A stretch of 64,000 bases of DNA. Source: Flaccisagitta enflata. Lineage: Eukaryota. Both the position numbers and the translations under genes were made by a program. The notes beneath the pieces are model-generated. The model was not told the DNA's origin, made no database searches, and worked only from the letters and a program-made list of their open reading frames with translations. The stretch lies in assembly GCA_965153355.1 (NCBI GenBank), contig OZ231126.1:8866001-8930000 (forward strand), read 5' to 3'. Shown here in pieces: positions 1-57,959 of the stretch (the first letter of the stretch is position 1; each line of letters opens with the position of its first letter).

Positions 1-422
1 AGCATCTTGACTCAATTCATTAAGAAATGACAACTATAGGAAATATAGTAAGCAAAAAGTTGTTGGAAAAAAATTTTTAATGTGAAACATGCAATATTCA
101 TTTAATATAAGTAAGAAGCTTAAACTTATGAATCAGTGGGACATTCTTTGCTAGTAGCAAAACTTTGTCAAATTATCTATCAGGGGAAAAAAGAAAAAAC
201 TAACTACTATGAATGATTTTGGAGTAATAAAGGTTCTTTTGGCGACAGTCTGATCTAAAAGCGATAACCGACAACGCAACAGATGTCATGAACAGACAAA
301 AGTCTCAACCTTGAACCAATCCATGTCATTTCTCAAACGATGAAATATGATCGCCATCAAGATATAATGTATTGTCATGAAGACATAAGAGTTTTACCAA
401 TTGAACCAATCGATGTTATTTC

Positions 423-830
423 TCAAACCATGAAAGAAAATAGCCAACAACACATGATGGCATCATGAACAAACAAAATTCTTACCTTATAAGTTAACCA
501 ATCCATGTCATTTTTCAAACGACGAAAAATGATCGCCGTCAAGACGAGAGATGGCAGCATAAACAAACAAAAGATGGAAACCAAAGCTGAGAGCCAAATG
601 ACCCACAGCACCCAATCTCCAAAACGGCGCAAAACGTAAACAAAAGGAATCAAAATGGAAACGCAGAGGATTTGAAGGCCAACCACGACAATCGACAAGA
701 TTAAGGAGGAAAGCGATAGTTTTTTTATTATCATCCATCTTTGTTTGTTGTCGTTTGATCTTTGTTTGTTGTCGTTTGATTCATTTTCTTGTTCATCCGT
801 TCTTCCGCCTTCTTTATTGTTAAGTTCCAT
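423..830 (-). other. 135-aa hydrophobic ORF running into ~90-bp degenerate repeats; possible small membrane protein or pseudogene
   Basis: ATG start, 2-3 hydrophobic stretches; AACCAATCSATGTYATT recurs at ~314, 404, 495; no family recognised. Confidence 0.25.
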
Positions 831-1599
831 ATTGTTTCACTGTCAAATGCCAAGTCTCGTTGATCATGAAATCTGTTTGCAAATTTGATATCTATCAGGA
901 GCAGAGTTTTAGTTCATCGATCTTTTTTAGTCATTTGTATTCCTCGTTCATTAGTACCTCCACAAAAAGCGCATGAGAGCATTTACCAAGATAGCAATTT
1001 CAAAGACTTTTAAAAGGAAACGAAACAATGACCAAGAAATCGATTATTGAAATAAAGTCACTTTAATGGGCTTCCTCACTCATGGAATTGAATAGATCAT
1101 TGCATGAATTATGAATACAAAACGTGGTAATGGCAAGTTGATAGCAAGTTAATGACTTAATGGATTACTGTCAAGATCCCGGATCGTCGTGCAGAAAAAA
1201 TCGAGACGAGTACGTTTTGTCTTGTAACTTCCTCAGCGGAGATTTGAGCAGAGTGAGCTAAAAAGCCTGAGCTGACTTGCCCGAGCTAAACAACTTGCGC
1301 TAACAGATGGAGTGAGCAGCCAAGCTGCTCATTAAGAATCAAGACGTTTCAAAGATCAAACAATACGTATCAGCTAAGGCCAACCGAAAATTCGAACGTC
1401 ATTGGTTCAATTTCTTTTTGTCTCTCGATAAGTGACAAGAACTACAGATTAGATAACGATGACTACATGTAAACACCGGATTTCTTCTCAAACCGTAATT
1501 GGTCTAATCAAATTCAAAATTTGGCAAATAAGTAACTTCAAAAATCAGAACGTCCAAACTCCAAAGCAAGACGGCAATCTGATGGGAGCAAAGTCGCAT

Positions 1600-2068
1600 A
1601 AGGGCGATGTTAAATTAGGGCAATGTCACATTAGGGCAATGTCACATTAAGGCAATGTTAGATTAGGGCAATGTCACATTAGGGCGAAGTTGAATTAGGG
1701 CAATGTCACATTAGGGCAATGTCACATTAGGGCAATAATAGATTAGGGCATTGTCACATTAGGGCGATGTTGAATTAGGGCAATGGTATATTAGGGCAAT
1801 GTAACATTAAGGCAATGTCACATAAGGGCAATGTCACATTAAGGCAATATTAGATTAGGGCAATGTCATATTAGGGCAATGTCACATTAGGGCGATGTTG
1901 AATCAGGGCAATGTCACATTAGGGCAATGTCACATTAAGGCAATGTTAGATTAGGACGATGTCACATTAGGGCAATGTCACATTAAGGCAATGTTAGATT
2001 AGGGCAATGTCACATTAGGGCAAATTCACATTAGGGCGATGTTGAATTAGGGCAATGTCACATTAGGG
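1600..2068. repeat. 16-bp minisatellite (TTAGGGCAATGTCACA), ~29 copies
   Basis: Direct reading, with variant units TTAAGGCAATGTTAGA and TTAGGGCGATGTTGAA. Confidence 0.92.
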
Positions 2069-2512
2069 TGTGCCTAATTCCTTGTTCCTCATTCATGTAA
2101 CCAATTAACATAACGCGCCCAATTTCCAAGCCCAAGGAAAGGCTCTAACCAAATAAAGCCCTCAAGTAATGGCACTTCTTAATGATCCCAAATATCCGTT
2201 TTATCCATGATTTCTTTTCTTTTCTTTTCTTTTTTTTTGGGGGGGGGAACCTTCTCATGGGGGAATAAAACTTGGGTTTCTAACCTAAATCAAATCACGA
2301 AACTCCCGCTCCAGAGATAGGTGCTTACTATCCGAGAAATAAGTATACCAACACGTGAAAACAAGCATTAACTTTGAAAAAGTGCTTTGCCAAAATGAAT
2401 CAAACTATGGCAACCAGATTGTTCACATTTTGAAGAGTTGTTTGCAACTTAATTTGTTATGGGAAAACACTCTTCAAAATTCGGGCCCTTTTTTAAGGTG
2501 TCGGTATACTTA

Positions 2513-2688
2513 CAGTAGAACACCGCTCTAACAAACCTGCCACTAACGGTGTTCCACATATAATGAATGCAAATTCACAGTCCCTTCAACTTGTTTCTTT
2601 CTATTTTCTAGATTGGAATTCTGCGTATAACACTAATGACAAATACCATTTGTAAGTTCCTTGAAATTCGTTAGAGCAAGATTTAGCT
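2513..2688. mobile_element. Short TA-flanked MITE (related ends near 26790-27400 and 52930-53075)
   Basis: ta|CAGTAGAACACCGCTCTAAC ... GTTAGAGCAAGATTTAGCTG|ta imperfect TIRs. Confidence 0.55.
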
Positions 2689-3104
2689 GTATTTCCAAGG
2701 TGGTCTCAATGCTGACGTCTTGTTAATAAGCTCAAGGCCATATTTCCAGCATTAAGGTTAGGGTCTTTTTCACTTTCTTGGACATCCACTCCTTACAACA
2801 TAACCCTCTGGATAGCAAAGGGTATTGCTCAATCGCTCAAGGTTTTGCTCAATCGCTCAGGGCTTTGCTCAATCGCTCAGGGTATTGCTCAATCGCTCAG
2901 GGTTTCGCTGACCCTGCAGTATTGTAGCTGCTCATACTTGAGTCCCAGTTACCGAAAACCATCCAAGTGATGAGTTTGGAGATAAAGATCATTGGTCAAC
3001 TATTGGGTCAACTAATAGGTCAACTAACGGGTCAATTTATGGGTTTTTCGAATGAATTTTGTAGAGGAAAAAAACGACTCACTTTCATTTTGTATCAAAA
3101 GTAC

Positions 3105-3324
<220 letters not shown>

Positions 3325-4168
3325 TTACCAGTGATGGCGGCTGTTGCTGTGAGGAAAAAAGTTGTAAGCATTGGTCACTTTTCACCAAGTTTTTGTCTCC
3401 AGTCACTGCAAATCTTTTTATTTGTTTGATCAAATCAAGAGCAATTGTATGTATTGATTGCACTGAAAGTCATAGAAAGCTAGGACTGAGCCAAGTGAGC
3501 TAGATGAGCTAAAATGCTCAAAATCACTCAACCAAACAACCAGCTATGCTCACTGACATGTTTCTTTGTATTTGCATGCTCATATCAAATATTTATTTAT
3601 TAATCCCACTAAAAATCAGAAAAAAGAACTGAGCTAAATGAGCTAAGTGAGCAAGAATACTCAAAAACACCCTCACAGAAGAGCAGTTATGCTCACTGAC
3701 ATGCTTTTTTATAACTGCTTGCTTAAACAAGCTTAAACATCTATTTATTTATCGCATTTGAAATATAAAAAAAGATTGAGCAAAATGAGCTAAATGAGCT
3801 AGAATGCTCAAAAACACCCTCATACATGAGCAGCTATGCTCATAAATATGTGTTCTTGTATTTGCATGCTCAAAAAAACAAAAATACACTATAAATACAC
3901 ATAAATACACTACATAATAAATCAAGAAAAATTCAATCTTAATTTGTCGTAAATAAATCTTTAAAAAATCATAACACGAAAAATATTTGTTGTAGAGCAT
4001 TCTGCTTGGCGCCAAATGAAAGAGAATTATCAAAATTATATACCCTATCAATTTTATTGGAGGCCTCAATCGCTCAATGAAGATCCACAACTTTCTAATA
4101 AGAAAATGAAAACCATGTTTCTCTCGAATATGTCAAAAAGTCGAAGACTGACTTCGACTTTTTTCCCG

Positions 4169-4257
<89 letters not shown>

Positions 4258-5825
4258 AACAACAACAACATGTGAGGAGAATTTTATGAGATAGCGACTT
4301 GTCGATATCTTGACTTTGATGTACATTTCCTGACCTGACCTCATAAACAATGTCAAGATGATCTGACTGAACAGGGAGACGAAATTCGATAAAACGACGT
4401 CGACTTTTATCTTTTATATCCGCTTGACTGCTTGTTAACCTCTTCTCTTAGTCTTACTTGACTTCCTTCGTGTTTGCTTTCGGCAACAAAAAAAACATAT
4501 GACAAGATTCTGTCCAGTGTCTACGAAATCAGTTGCCATAAATCCTTTAGTCACTATACCCACAGTGTGACTTGGACAACATTACACTACAACCAAAATA
4601 AGTGAGTCACTCCCAGCGTTCCACCGGGTCTTGTCTTGGGCTATCATAAGGAAATGCTGGTGTACATGGTAAAGAAGATATGAATTGCTTAAATCAATAC
4701 ATACAAACTATGCAGATTCAGATTCAGATTCAGATTCAAACAGTTTATTTCCCCAAAGGCGGTGTATGGCAGCATTATAACAATGAATCAGCGGGGGAGG
4801 ACCATGCCTAAGCCCTTCATGTCAAAGAATGATATATTTTTGCTAACTTTTAGTTCAGGTTATCGACGGGCTTGTTCATGTCGACCCTCGTTGATTTGGA
4901 TTACAAATGGCAGATTATAGTTAAGACAAAAAAAGACAACACATTACGCACAGATTTACGTAAAATAAAACAAAATCAATGAATGGGAAGTGTGGCGTAC
5001 AAATACGTCAGCAAAGAAAAACTATGTACAATAACTTAGAAACAGGGCATCGATAATAAATAAAACAAAAACATGACGTACGAGTACGTCTAACAAGCAA
5101 AATTCTGTAACATAAGAAAAAGTAATAAATAGCGTCTATATAGTGATACATCTATAGTTTCCAAGATTTTGAAATGATGAATAAGGCAACATGATTTTTC
5201 ATGACTTTCATTTAGATTGACGCAAAGTGAAAACAGGGCCACCACCCATTTTCAAAGCAGGATCTAGTGACTAGTATCTGGAGTGGTGGCAACTAATACC
5301 CAAACGGATACATGATACCGATGTCTAAATACTGATTCCATAAAATTTAGTAACTCAGCTCTCCAAGAGAGAATCCCCTACCCTCTGAGTGCTGATGATC
5401 TGTCTTTAAGGCAATTAGGAATCGCACGAGAAAATTGCATTGGGATTACATGAGACAAGAGACATTTGTAAATTAGTATGCATGAATGACAAATTTGGAT
5501 TCTTTATAACTTGAAATTGTTAACACAGTATAAATGCGACCATGGCTGCAACAAAATACAGCCAAGGAAGGACAGTAGGTCCCGTGAGGGACAATCAGTA
5601 AGACCATGAAGGTCGCCCATCAAGACAATGAAGTCTTGACGGAATCAGTAGGACTATAGAAATTAGAATTTGTTAAGTGAAGTGGTTTATTTTTTGTCTG
5701 GGAAAGAAAAAAAAAAGAGTTTTATAGGGAATACTAAATGATAACCTAACCTTACCTAGCCTAACCTAACCTTAACCTAACCTAACCAAACCAAACTGAG
5801 TTAGCTTGTGCTTGATGCTGTAGTA

Positions 5826-8800
5826 CTATGAGTGATGTTTCTTGTCTTTGCACCTGGGATTGGTACAATCACTTTTGTGAGCATATTTATTAAGTAGTGA
5901 TTTTTTCAACTGTCTTTTGAAAAGAGCTTTCTGATCTATTTTTCTTAAGTCATTTATGGTATTATTCCAAAGTTTAGGGCCAATAGCACTGAAACTATTA
6001 GAGGCAGCTCTGGATTTGTAGTTGGGCACTTTTAGATCAAGGGTACTTGGAGCCTGGCCCCTAAGATTGTATTCACTAATATACTGGGTGCTGCAAAGGT
6101 TCTGTATCTTTTTTGGTGCATGCTGGTAGAAGCAATCGTGCATAAGCAATAAGCACTGCTGCTCATAGAGGTCATTAAACTTTAGTAGTCCAAGTTGTTT
6201 CATTCTAGGTTCTGTGTGGGCGGAGAAGTAGGACTTAGTTATCGTTCTTATTGCTCTTTTTTGAATATTTATAATTCTTTTCTTATTTTGGGCACTGCAT
6301 CCACCCCAAGCAGGCAATCCATAGAGCACATGTGGTTGAATGAATGAGTGGTAAAGAATTTTTAAGGTTGGTGGTGGGAGCTGATTTTTCACTCGGTTTA
6401 TCATGCTGTTACTTCGAGCTATCTTATTTGCTACATTAGTGCAATGTTTTTCTCAGCTTAGAGTACTATCTATGGTTATTCCTAAGAATTGTGCTTCGTC
6501 ATAGATGCCAAGTTTTTCTCCGTCAAGGTAGATCTCAGGGAGCTTTTGATTTTTTGGTAGTGATTTTTTTCTAAAGATCACAGTTTTAGTTTTCTTAGGG
6601 TTAAGTTTCAATTGGTTTGCCTTGAAGTAGTCATTTATGCCTCCAAGTTCCTGATTAATAGTGGACAAAGCTTCAAAATTATTTCCCTGTATTAGCAGGT
6701 TGGTATCATCAGCAAAAGTGACACACTTTAGGTTTGAAGCAGATGGTAGGTCATTTATATAAAGGAGGAAAAGCAGGGGTCCTAAGATACTGCCCTGTGG
6801 AACTCCTGTTGATAATAGTAATCTGGAGCTACTATTACCGTTGAGATCAACATATTGAAAGCGATTACTAAGGTATGACTCAAACCAATTTAGAGCTGTT
6901 CCACGGATTCCATAATGATCGAGTTTCTCAAGTAAGATAGAGTGATTTAAGGTATCAAAGGCCTTACTAAGGTCACAAAAGACACCAATTGCGTAGTGAC
7001 CTATTTCTATAGATTCCTCAATATTTTTTATGAAGTCTAGGGTTGCATGGGTAGTACCCTGTGTTCAAAAGCAAGTGATACCAGCAAAACCTTTATTGTG
7101 ACTAAAGTATTTATTTTGGGAAAATCAGATTGGTTTCATCTGAAAGAATATAACCTACCATTTATTCATGCAAAATTTCATAGCACTGGGTCTAGCAGTT
7201 TAGCTTCCCCAAAATTTTGAAAATCTATTGAATTTTAGGAATTTTGCTTTAAAACTGCATTGTTAAACTGTTTTACATCAATGTACCCTTGTAATTTTTG
7301 CATGGATTGAGCTAAAATCACCTGATTGGTCATCAATGGGAAGTATTTGACCCTTCTTTTTCATATAATTTGATTTGTCAATGTTTTGGAGAAAACTAGA
7401 GGCCTCATGACTAGCAATGTGATGCAAAACCTACTCAAACTTAAAAAAATCAGAGAAAAATCAAAGTTTGCCACATGAATTTCCGTGATCTAGTACTTAT
7501 GGCTTGAAATATGTAAACTAAAACTAAACTCCTGCTTTCTGGACCAATCTGGCCATTTCTGCATGATTCATTCAAGAATGCCATTGATTCTAAGCTACAT
7601 AAGTCAGTCCATCTTCATCTTAGGAATCCTTTAATGGTTTATCCACATTTTCATTCAAAATTATGTGGAAGCTCAACCGTTAGAGCCAATGCTATGAATT
7701 TTTTTAATAAATAAATGGTAGGTTATGTGCTTTCCGATGAAACCAATCTGATTTTCTCAAAATGAATACTTTAGGCACAATAAAGGTTTTACTGGTATCA
7801 CTCGCTTTTGAACACAGGGTATTGTGACCTGTACGAAATCCATATTGTGATTCAAAAAGAATTTCATATCGGACGAGGAACTCAAAAACCTTATTATAGA
7901 TAAGGCGCTCTATGATTTTAGAAAATATTGGTAATAATGATATGGGTCTATAATTTTCATAGTGATGTTTATCTCCTTTGAGTTTGTATACAGGTACAAC
8001 CCTGGCTATCTTTCCATTCTCTGGAAAAATTCCAGTTTTCTGAGAGCAGTTAACTAAGTGTGCTAAGACTGGTGCCAAAATTTCTACATCACTTAGGATG
8101 ATATTTTGTTTAAATCCAGCAGAGTCTTTACTAGTTTTGGGGGTAAACTTTTTACATACTTCTATTATATCATTATGGGTGACATCATTTAAGAGGAGTG
8201 AATGTGTATTTCGTGCAGTGTGTTTGTGTAGGTAATGTGATGGGCCATGGGTAGACTTGCCTACACTTGCGTTTGTCTGCGGTCCCACTTGAGCATAATA
8301 ATTATTAATATTTTCTGCATTTGTCAATGGGTCCTTAATGATGGCTCCCTGATAGTGAAACTCAGTGGTTATATCTTCTTTGTTGCTAAGTTTATTTGTA
8401 GCTTTTTTAATGATATTCCAGTGTTTTTTTATGTTACCTGAGCTTTCTGCTATCTGTCTGTTTATGTATTCCTTTTCTGCTTTACGAATTTTTGATACAA
8501 TGGCATTTCTAAGCTTTTTATAATCTTCTCGCCTGTGTTTCTGCTTAGCTAATCTGTCTCTTCGTCTGATGTCAGCCAGTAACTCTGAGTTCATCCAAGG
8601 TTCTCGATAATGTCTGTTTGAGTTTTTTTTGAAGGTTTTAGTAGTTAAATTTCCATTATAATGAAACCCATACTTAGTCTGAATCATGTCATAGATTACA
8701 TTTGGGTCATTTTGTTCAAAAACGTCATGCCAATTTTCTTGTCTTAGTCCATTTTTTCTGAGTTGGTGTCCTTGTTGAGTAAAAAATGACTTAGTGAAAG

Positions 8801-9734
8801 ATTCACGTTTGGGAATCTTTTCTAGTTTGTTATTTAGGATAGTAAATACTGGAAAATGGTCAGTGTATCCGCTATTGCCAGCTAATTCTGTGTCTACAAT
8901 ACCACTTATCATGTGCTTTCCATCTTTTGAGAATATATGGTCAATAAGCGTAGCACTCTGCTTTTTAATTCTTGTTGGTCTTACTATTCTTGGTATGAAC
9001 TTATGATTAGTGATAAGGTCGTAGTAGTTAGCAGTTGGTAGGTGATTCTCATATTTTAGCAGGTCCAGGTTGAAGTCGCCAGCTAGTATAACTTGACTAT
9101 TTCTTTTGTCTGTTAGTGACAGGAACTTTTCCAATTCAGAGATAAATCTATCATAGTTTTGTCCATTAGGTTGTCTGTAAATAGTAGCTACAGTTAGATC
9201 TCTTTTGGAGCTTTCTTTTGGGGTTGAGACTACATTTGGAATCTGTATGACTAGACTTTCAAAATCTTGCTCTACAAACTCAATTTGTTCCAAAATCTTT
9301 GCCTTTGCAGAAATTGATTCACTAATAAATATACCAACACCACCCCCTTTCATTGTGGGGCGTCCTTTATGGAAAAATATATATCCGGGCATGATAGTTT
9401 TGAGTTCAGATTCGGTGTAGCCTGAATTTGATCTTTCAGTTATGTGTGTTTCAACTACAATGATTATGTCAGGCTTGTTGTCGGGGGTTGAGATATTGCT
9501 AATGAATAACTTAAGTGATCTCAGTTTGGTCAAAAGGTTTGCTATGTTTAGTGATAGAATGGTCAGGTTTTGGCTATTTCTGATTTCGCCGTACGTGATT
9601 CGTCGCCATGAGAAGTTCTGTCCGGAGCTGCGGCGAAGGCGGAGGTTGGTTGAGGGATTCAAATGTCGTTTAGTGGGCCTTCGGGGATTAACCGCGCCAG
9701 AACCTGATTCAAAACAAGAGGCAAACTTTTTATA
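5826..9734 (-). pseudogene. LINE ORF2 (~1048 codons after removing the MITE) with one nonsense codon at 6453-6455
   Basis: Excising 7057-7819 plus one TA restores FRTGHNTTHATLDFI; frame runs to DSTLS*EKHC (TGA where Trp expected) and continues in frame to 5826. Confidence 0.88.
7057..7819. mobile_element. Tc1/mariner-type MITE inserted in LINE RT
   Basis: ~150-bp TIRs (CCCTGTGTTCAAAAGC.. / ..GCTTTTGAACACAGGG), TA duplicated at 7055-56 and 7820-21. Confidence 0.9.
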
Positions 9735-11159
9735 TTAGTTCACATGCTATGTATGAGTTTTTACATTGGTGGAGAAATGTTACGATTTACACTGTTGCCA
9801 TAAAGACTGTCTCTAAAAGAGCAAGTTCATGGTTGGGTACGTTTACAGCATTGCCTGTAAAGAGAAATGATTAGTTTATAATGTGACAGTCAATTTGTCT
9901 GAAAAAGAAAGCATTAGGTTACAAATAGCAATACAATTCGGGACCCTGCGCTAAAAGTGGATTAAATCAAGAGGATGAAAATAAACTTATATGCAGAGAT
10001 CCATGGTGTAGCGACGTAGTGTGTGCGTGTTCGTTGATTTGGCATTGAGGACTCCCAGAACATCGGCCCAAGGTGGTAGTTGTTGCTATTTCACATGACT
10101 TGAAGATGAGCGACAAATGATATGTGGAAAGGTATTATTCTTTTTCACTTTGCAATTCTTGAACATTAAATAATTCGTCTTTATTTCCTTTTCGTTTTTA
10201 GTTTGTCTTTTGCGCCGTCGGAGTAGAAATTTTTTCAGTTTAGAATTCACGTTTCATCAGTTCTCAGTGTCGAAGGGGTCCTTGGAACAGTTAGGATGCA
10301 GAGAAAGACGAGTCTTTTCTTAACAGAACTTGATCAAGATACGAGTTTTTTTTTTGTGTTAAATGTTTAAATTTAGATTGTAAAAGTTCTCGCTTCTTGA
10401 TGTCAACGTCACCGTGACACTCGTGTCAGCCGTAGTTGATCCAACTTCCGTTCGCGTCGGCATCAAAACGTGAGGACCTTAAACAAGTGAAGTAGTAGAA
10501 ATATTATGTAGGGACCCACACACATTGAATGATGGTAACAATGTCTGATGATAATAATTTAGCAGCAAATAAAAAAAGAATAGCAAAAAGGATTTTTATA
10601 CAATGCCTTGATATACAACAAGTAAGAGTAATCAAGCAACCTCACAATTTTGTTGAGGGTTTGAGTGATTTTGATACTGTTTGAAATATAGAGATATGCA
10701 TCATGGGAATCAAGCAATGCTCAAAAGCGTCATTTCACTTATTTTTGGCACTATGTAGGGCAAATTGCCTTCTTTAGTTTTTTTGCCTTGGGTAGTTTTT
10801 TTTCACATACTCATTGGAGATTAACATCATAAGACTTTTTTATGCGTCATCAAAGCTCAGGAGTTGTCCGTACTGACGTCCGTATGTGTGATTGTGTTCT
10901 TAACGTATTTCCAGTCTAGTCACTGAAGTGCGACTCCTCCTATGAAAAAGGACCCTGTGAAACTTTATTCAACTGAAGTGCGATGCCTTTTCAGTGGATT
11001 ACCTCCTTACTTAACTTCCCACTTCAGTGGAATTCAAAATCACATATGATTCTACCTTAATAAAATACAAAGTCATTTTCAGTCTCTCCTTGGTCTGATA
11101 CATTCCACCCAGTATCACTTCATCGCACTACATATTGACAATAAAAGAAAATATGTAGT

Positions 11160-11570
11160 TACTACTCGACTAAAATATAAAGCCGCACCCTATTTTGAGT
11201 TGATGAATGAGAAAAAAAATCGTTTGAACATTTTTCTTTTGAAAAGATTTTAAAGATTTTCGAATTTTCTTTCATTCTAGACAAATCCCAGATCTGTATC
11301 TCAAACAGTTCAGGAGCTAGAGCTTGTCAAAGTTATCTCCTTATTTTTAAAAATGCTCATTTTTCAATAGGATTGTAAACTGATAATGGCAATGTTTTTA
11401 CTCATTTTTATGCCATTTCTAAACGAATAAAGCTATAATTGCCAAATTGGAGCCAAATAAAAGATCTTTTCAAGAGCTTTCAAATGGTTTATGATTTTGA
11501 TTAATTATTTTGAAATTCAATATGACAATTTGCCTTTTAAAAGGGCGGCTTTTTTATTGATTGGAGTAGT
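11160..11570. mobile_element. TIR element, same family as 49035-49611
   Basis: TACTACTCGACTAAAA..AAAGCCGC / GCGGCTTTTTT..GGAGTAGTA; shared internal TCTAGAC..TATCTCAAACAGTT..GCTAGAGC. Confidence 0.6.
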
Positions 11571-12519
11571 ATTCTTAATGTCTTTAACAGAAATACTTGA
11601 TATAGATACAAATTTGATCAATGTTACCTATCTTCAAAAAATTATTCTTTGTAAGATAGTAGTAATGTTTTATATTCATCAAATATAAAAACAACAAGGG
11701 CACACAACCTCGCAGATTATCAGGTTAAAATTTATGCAACAATGGCAAGAAATCGCCTGATACAGATCGTCGGTTAATGCACACTTTATGAATGACTAAC
11801 AATTAACTATAAGGCACACGAATATCAAAATAATAAATAATCAGCATCAACGTGTAATAAGCGGAGGCGGATCGGTCCATGATGGCTCCTTACGAGCCGC
11901 GAAGATGCTAAAAGACGTGAGCAACGCAGCCTTAGAACAATTTTTTCTAAACTCAGTAAGCTTGATACAAAATGCTTTTATTTCAAAGAGAAATACTGAA
12001 AAAAAATAATATAAACATAAAAAATGACAATAACAATTCATTCTTTGTGGAGTAACAACCAGAAGTAATTAATTTAGTGGGAATCAAAATGATGACTTAA
12101 GTTTCTTTATCCTCTGAAGTGGGAAAAAAATGAGAACTTACTGAAGTGTGAATTTCGCACTAGAAAGGTTGCTCTGTATTTCCGAAAATCAGAGTGAGTA
12201 AAAACAAATCAGAGTGAGTAAAAACAAAAACCACTCAAGTTAGAATTGAAAATGAGAGATGTCAAATCTTATCCCACTCAAGTCCGAAATTTGGCCTAAA
12301 ATGGTTCCCCCATCATGTTGTGGCGCATCGAGTTGTCTGTCCGTCCGTATGGACTTTTTTCTTTTCCGTTTCAATTTTTTTTTCCTATTCAAGTTGTTCA
12401 GTACAGCTTTTGATGGTCAAAGACATTCAATTGATATTGAGGAAACATCAAGGGGGGACAAAGAGGAAAGGGGAGGGAGCAGAGAATCATTTGCATCTTT
12501 TGATCTTTGATTATTAAAT

Positions 12520-56262
<43,743 letters not shown>

Positions 56263-57959
56263 GTAAGTCATGTTATGTCCTGTAATGTTATGTTGTGTCC
56301 TGTCATCTATTGTGAAGATTGAATAATATAAGGCATATTTCGGAAATGGACGGGCCTACTATAACAAATATGACCACATTTTATTACATAGGTATGGTAC
56401 TGAGTTTTACTGACATTCAACGATAGGTGATTTAGTATTTTTTTATAACATGATCCAAAGTGATAGCACTTAATAATACTAGAGGGAGATACATCTCATT
56501 ACATAAGCGTTAAACAAATGTTAGAGGATGTGGACAGATTTCTTACAGTTGGACCCGCAGTTACCCAATCCCGTCATAAGATTTGAGATTTGAATTTTAA
56601 TTTTGAGAAATCATGTAGTTCAGTTAAAGCTTTCCTTTTTGGGCAGCGGCCCCGATGACCTGTAAGACACAGAGGAGAATTTCCAGACGTCCATCCGTAC
56701 ATCCGTCCATACGTCCATCCATACGTCCATCCCTCCCCCCCCACCACCAAAGCTTCTAAACCTCATGCAGCCTCAGAGTAGCCTCAAAGGCCTCAAATGT
56801 GCCTTCTCAGGACGTTTGATAGTTCACCCCTATGTCCTACAGCACATCGGCCCTTTGGGGCCGCTGCCCTGCTCTCACTCTGCTTCTGCAGCTATACACT
56901 CCAAGCAGGGCATCAGGTACCGCTGACCATGTGCGATCCTTGGATGACTAGTTTTTAATGATCTTTTTATGGTTCCAACAGTTAAATGGTGATAATATAA
57001 ACGGCTATATGACATCTAGTTTTGTTCATGTGGTCTTGTTTTTTTTTTTATGCTCGACCTTTTTCTGAGTTATAATGTAAAGCTCAGAGTTGACACTCGA
57101 GCACCAAGGGAACACAACATTTAATGATTCATTGTTCTCTAAGTTTTTTTTCATTATCTATTTTGTCTTATAAGAAGAAAACTTGAAAAAAGAACTGCGA
57201 CGATATATGATTATCAAAAAAACATCTGCTTGAGAGGATCGGGAAATTCTTTATGCAAGAGTGCAACAAAACGGTTTTCTTTCACTTGATAATGGACATC
57301 TTTGTCAATATGTAATCATATCATTCAAATCATGGTATTGCGTTTGTCTTAAATTCTGCATCAGCGTAAAAACCTGGCAGTATGAATAGATTGATGAATG
57401 AATGAATGAATGAATGAATGAATGAATGAATGAATGAATGAATGAATGAATGAATGAATGAATGAATGGACAAACAATTGGTAAAATGGAAGAGTGCGAC
57501 GATGAGTGATGGATGAATTAATGAATGGATTAGTGAGTGAATTGATGCATGAATTAATGAATCAATGAATCAATGAATCAATGAACGAATAAATGAATGA
57601 ATAGATGAAAGAGTGGATGAATGAAAAGAATGAAGAAATTAAAGAAACATAGAAAATTGAATGAATTTTATTTTAGATTGGACCATCAATGTAAATAAAA
57701 GCATGACCAACGGACCGACTAAAGAGGTGACCATCAAAACCACTGCAAGACCAACAGATGTTGCCTTAGTCACGAAATTGGTGCAGCAATGGAAGAACCA
57801 ACGCACATTGTTTCTTATAGACGCGCGTTATAACACATTGAAAGGAGGAACGAAGGAGATAAAAGGAAGAACAGAGAAAAAAAATAGGGAATAATGGCAA
57901 CAAATTTGCCGGGAATAGACATAAGGGATCAGTTAACGACCAGTAAGACTTGGGCTCCC

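Larger units (their letters stand above)
4713..9800 (-). mobile_element. Non-LTR retrotransposon (CR1/L2-group LINE), APE endonuclease + RT; 5' limit uncertain
   Basis: APE motifs (SLNI, ETH, IYR, GDFN, IDHIF, TDHFP); RT motifs (YRPISLL, QYGFR, DLSKAFDT, GVPQGSILGPLLFLLYINDL, FADD, FLGITID); 3' end AATAAA then (TGAATC)n tail at 4714-4738. Confidence 0.92.

Noticed and set aside
57678-57894. Candidate GPCR ICL3 exon (DWTINVNKSMTNGPTKEV..)
   Set aside because: Phase-compatible acceptor but no recognisable motif and contains repeat-like GACCAACGGACCGAC; unsupported
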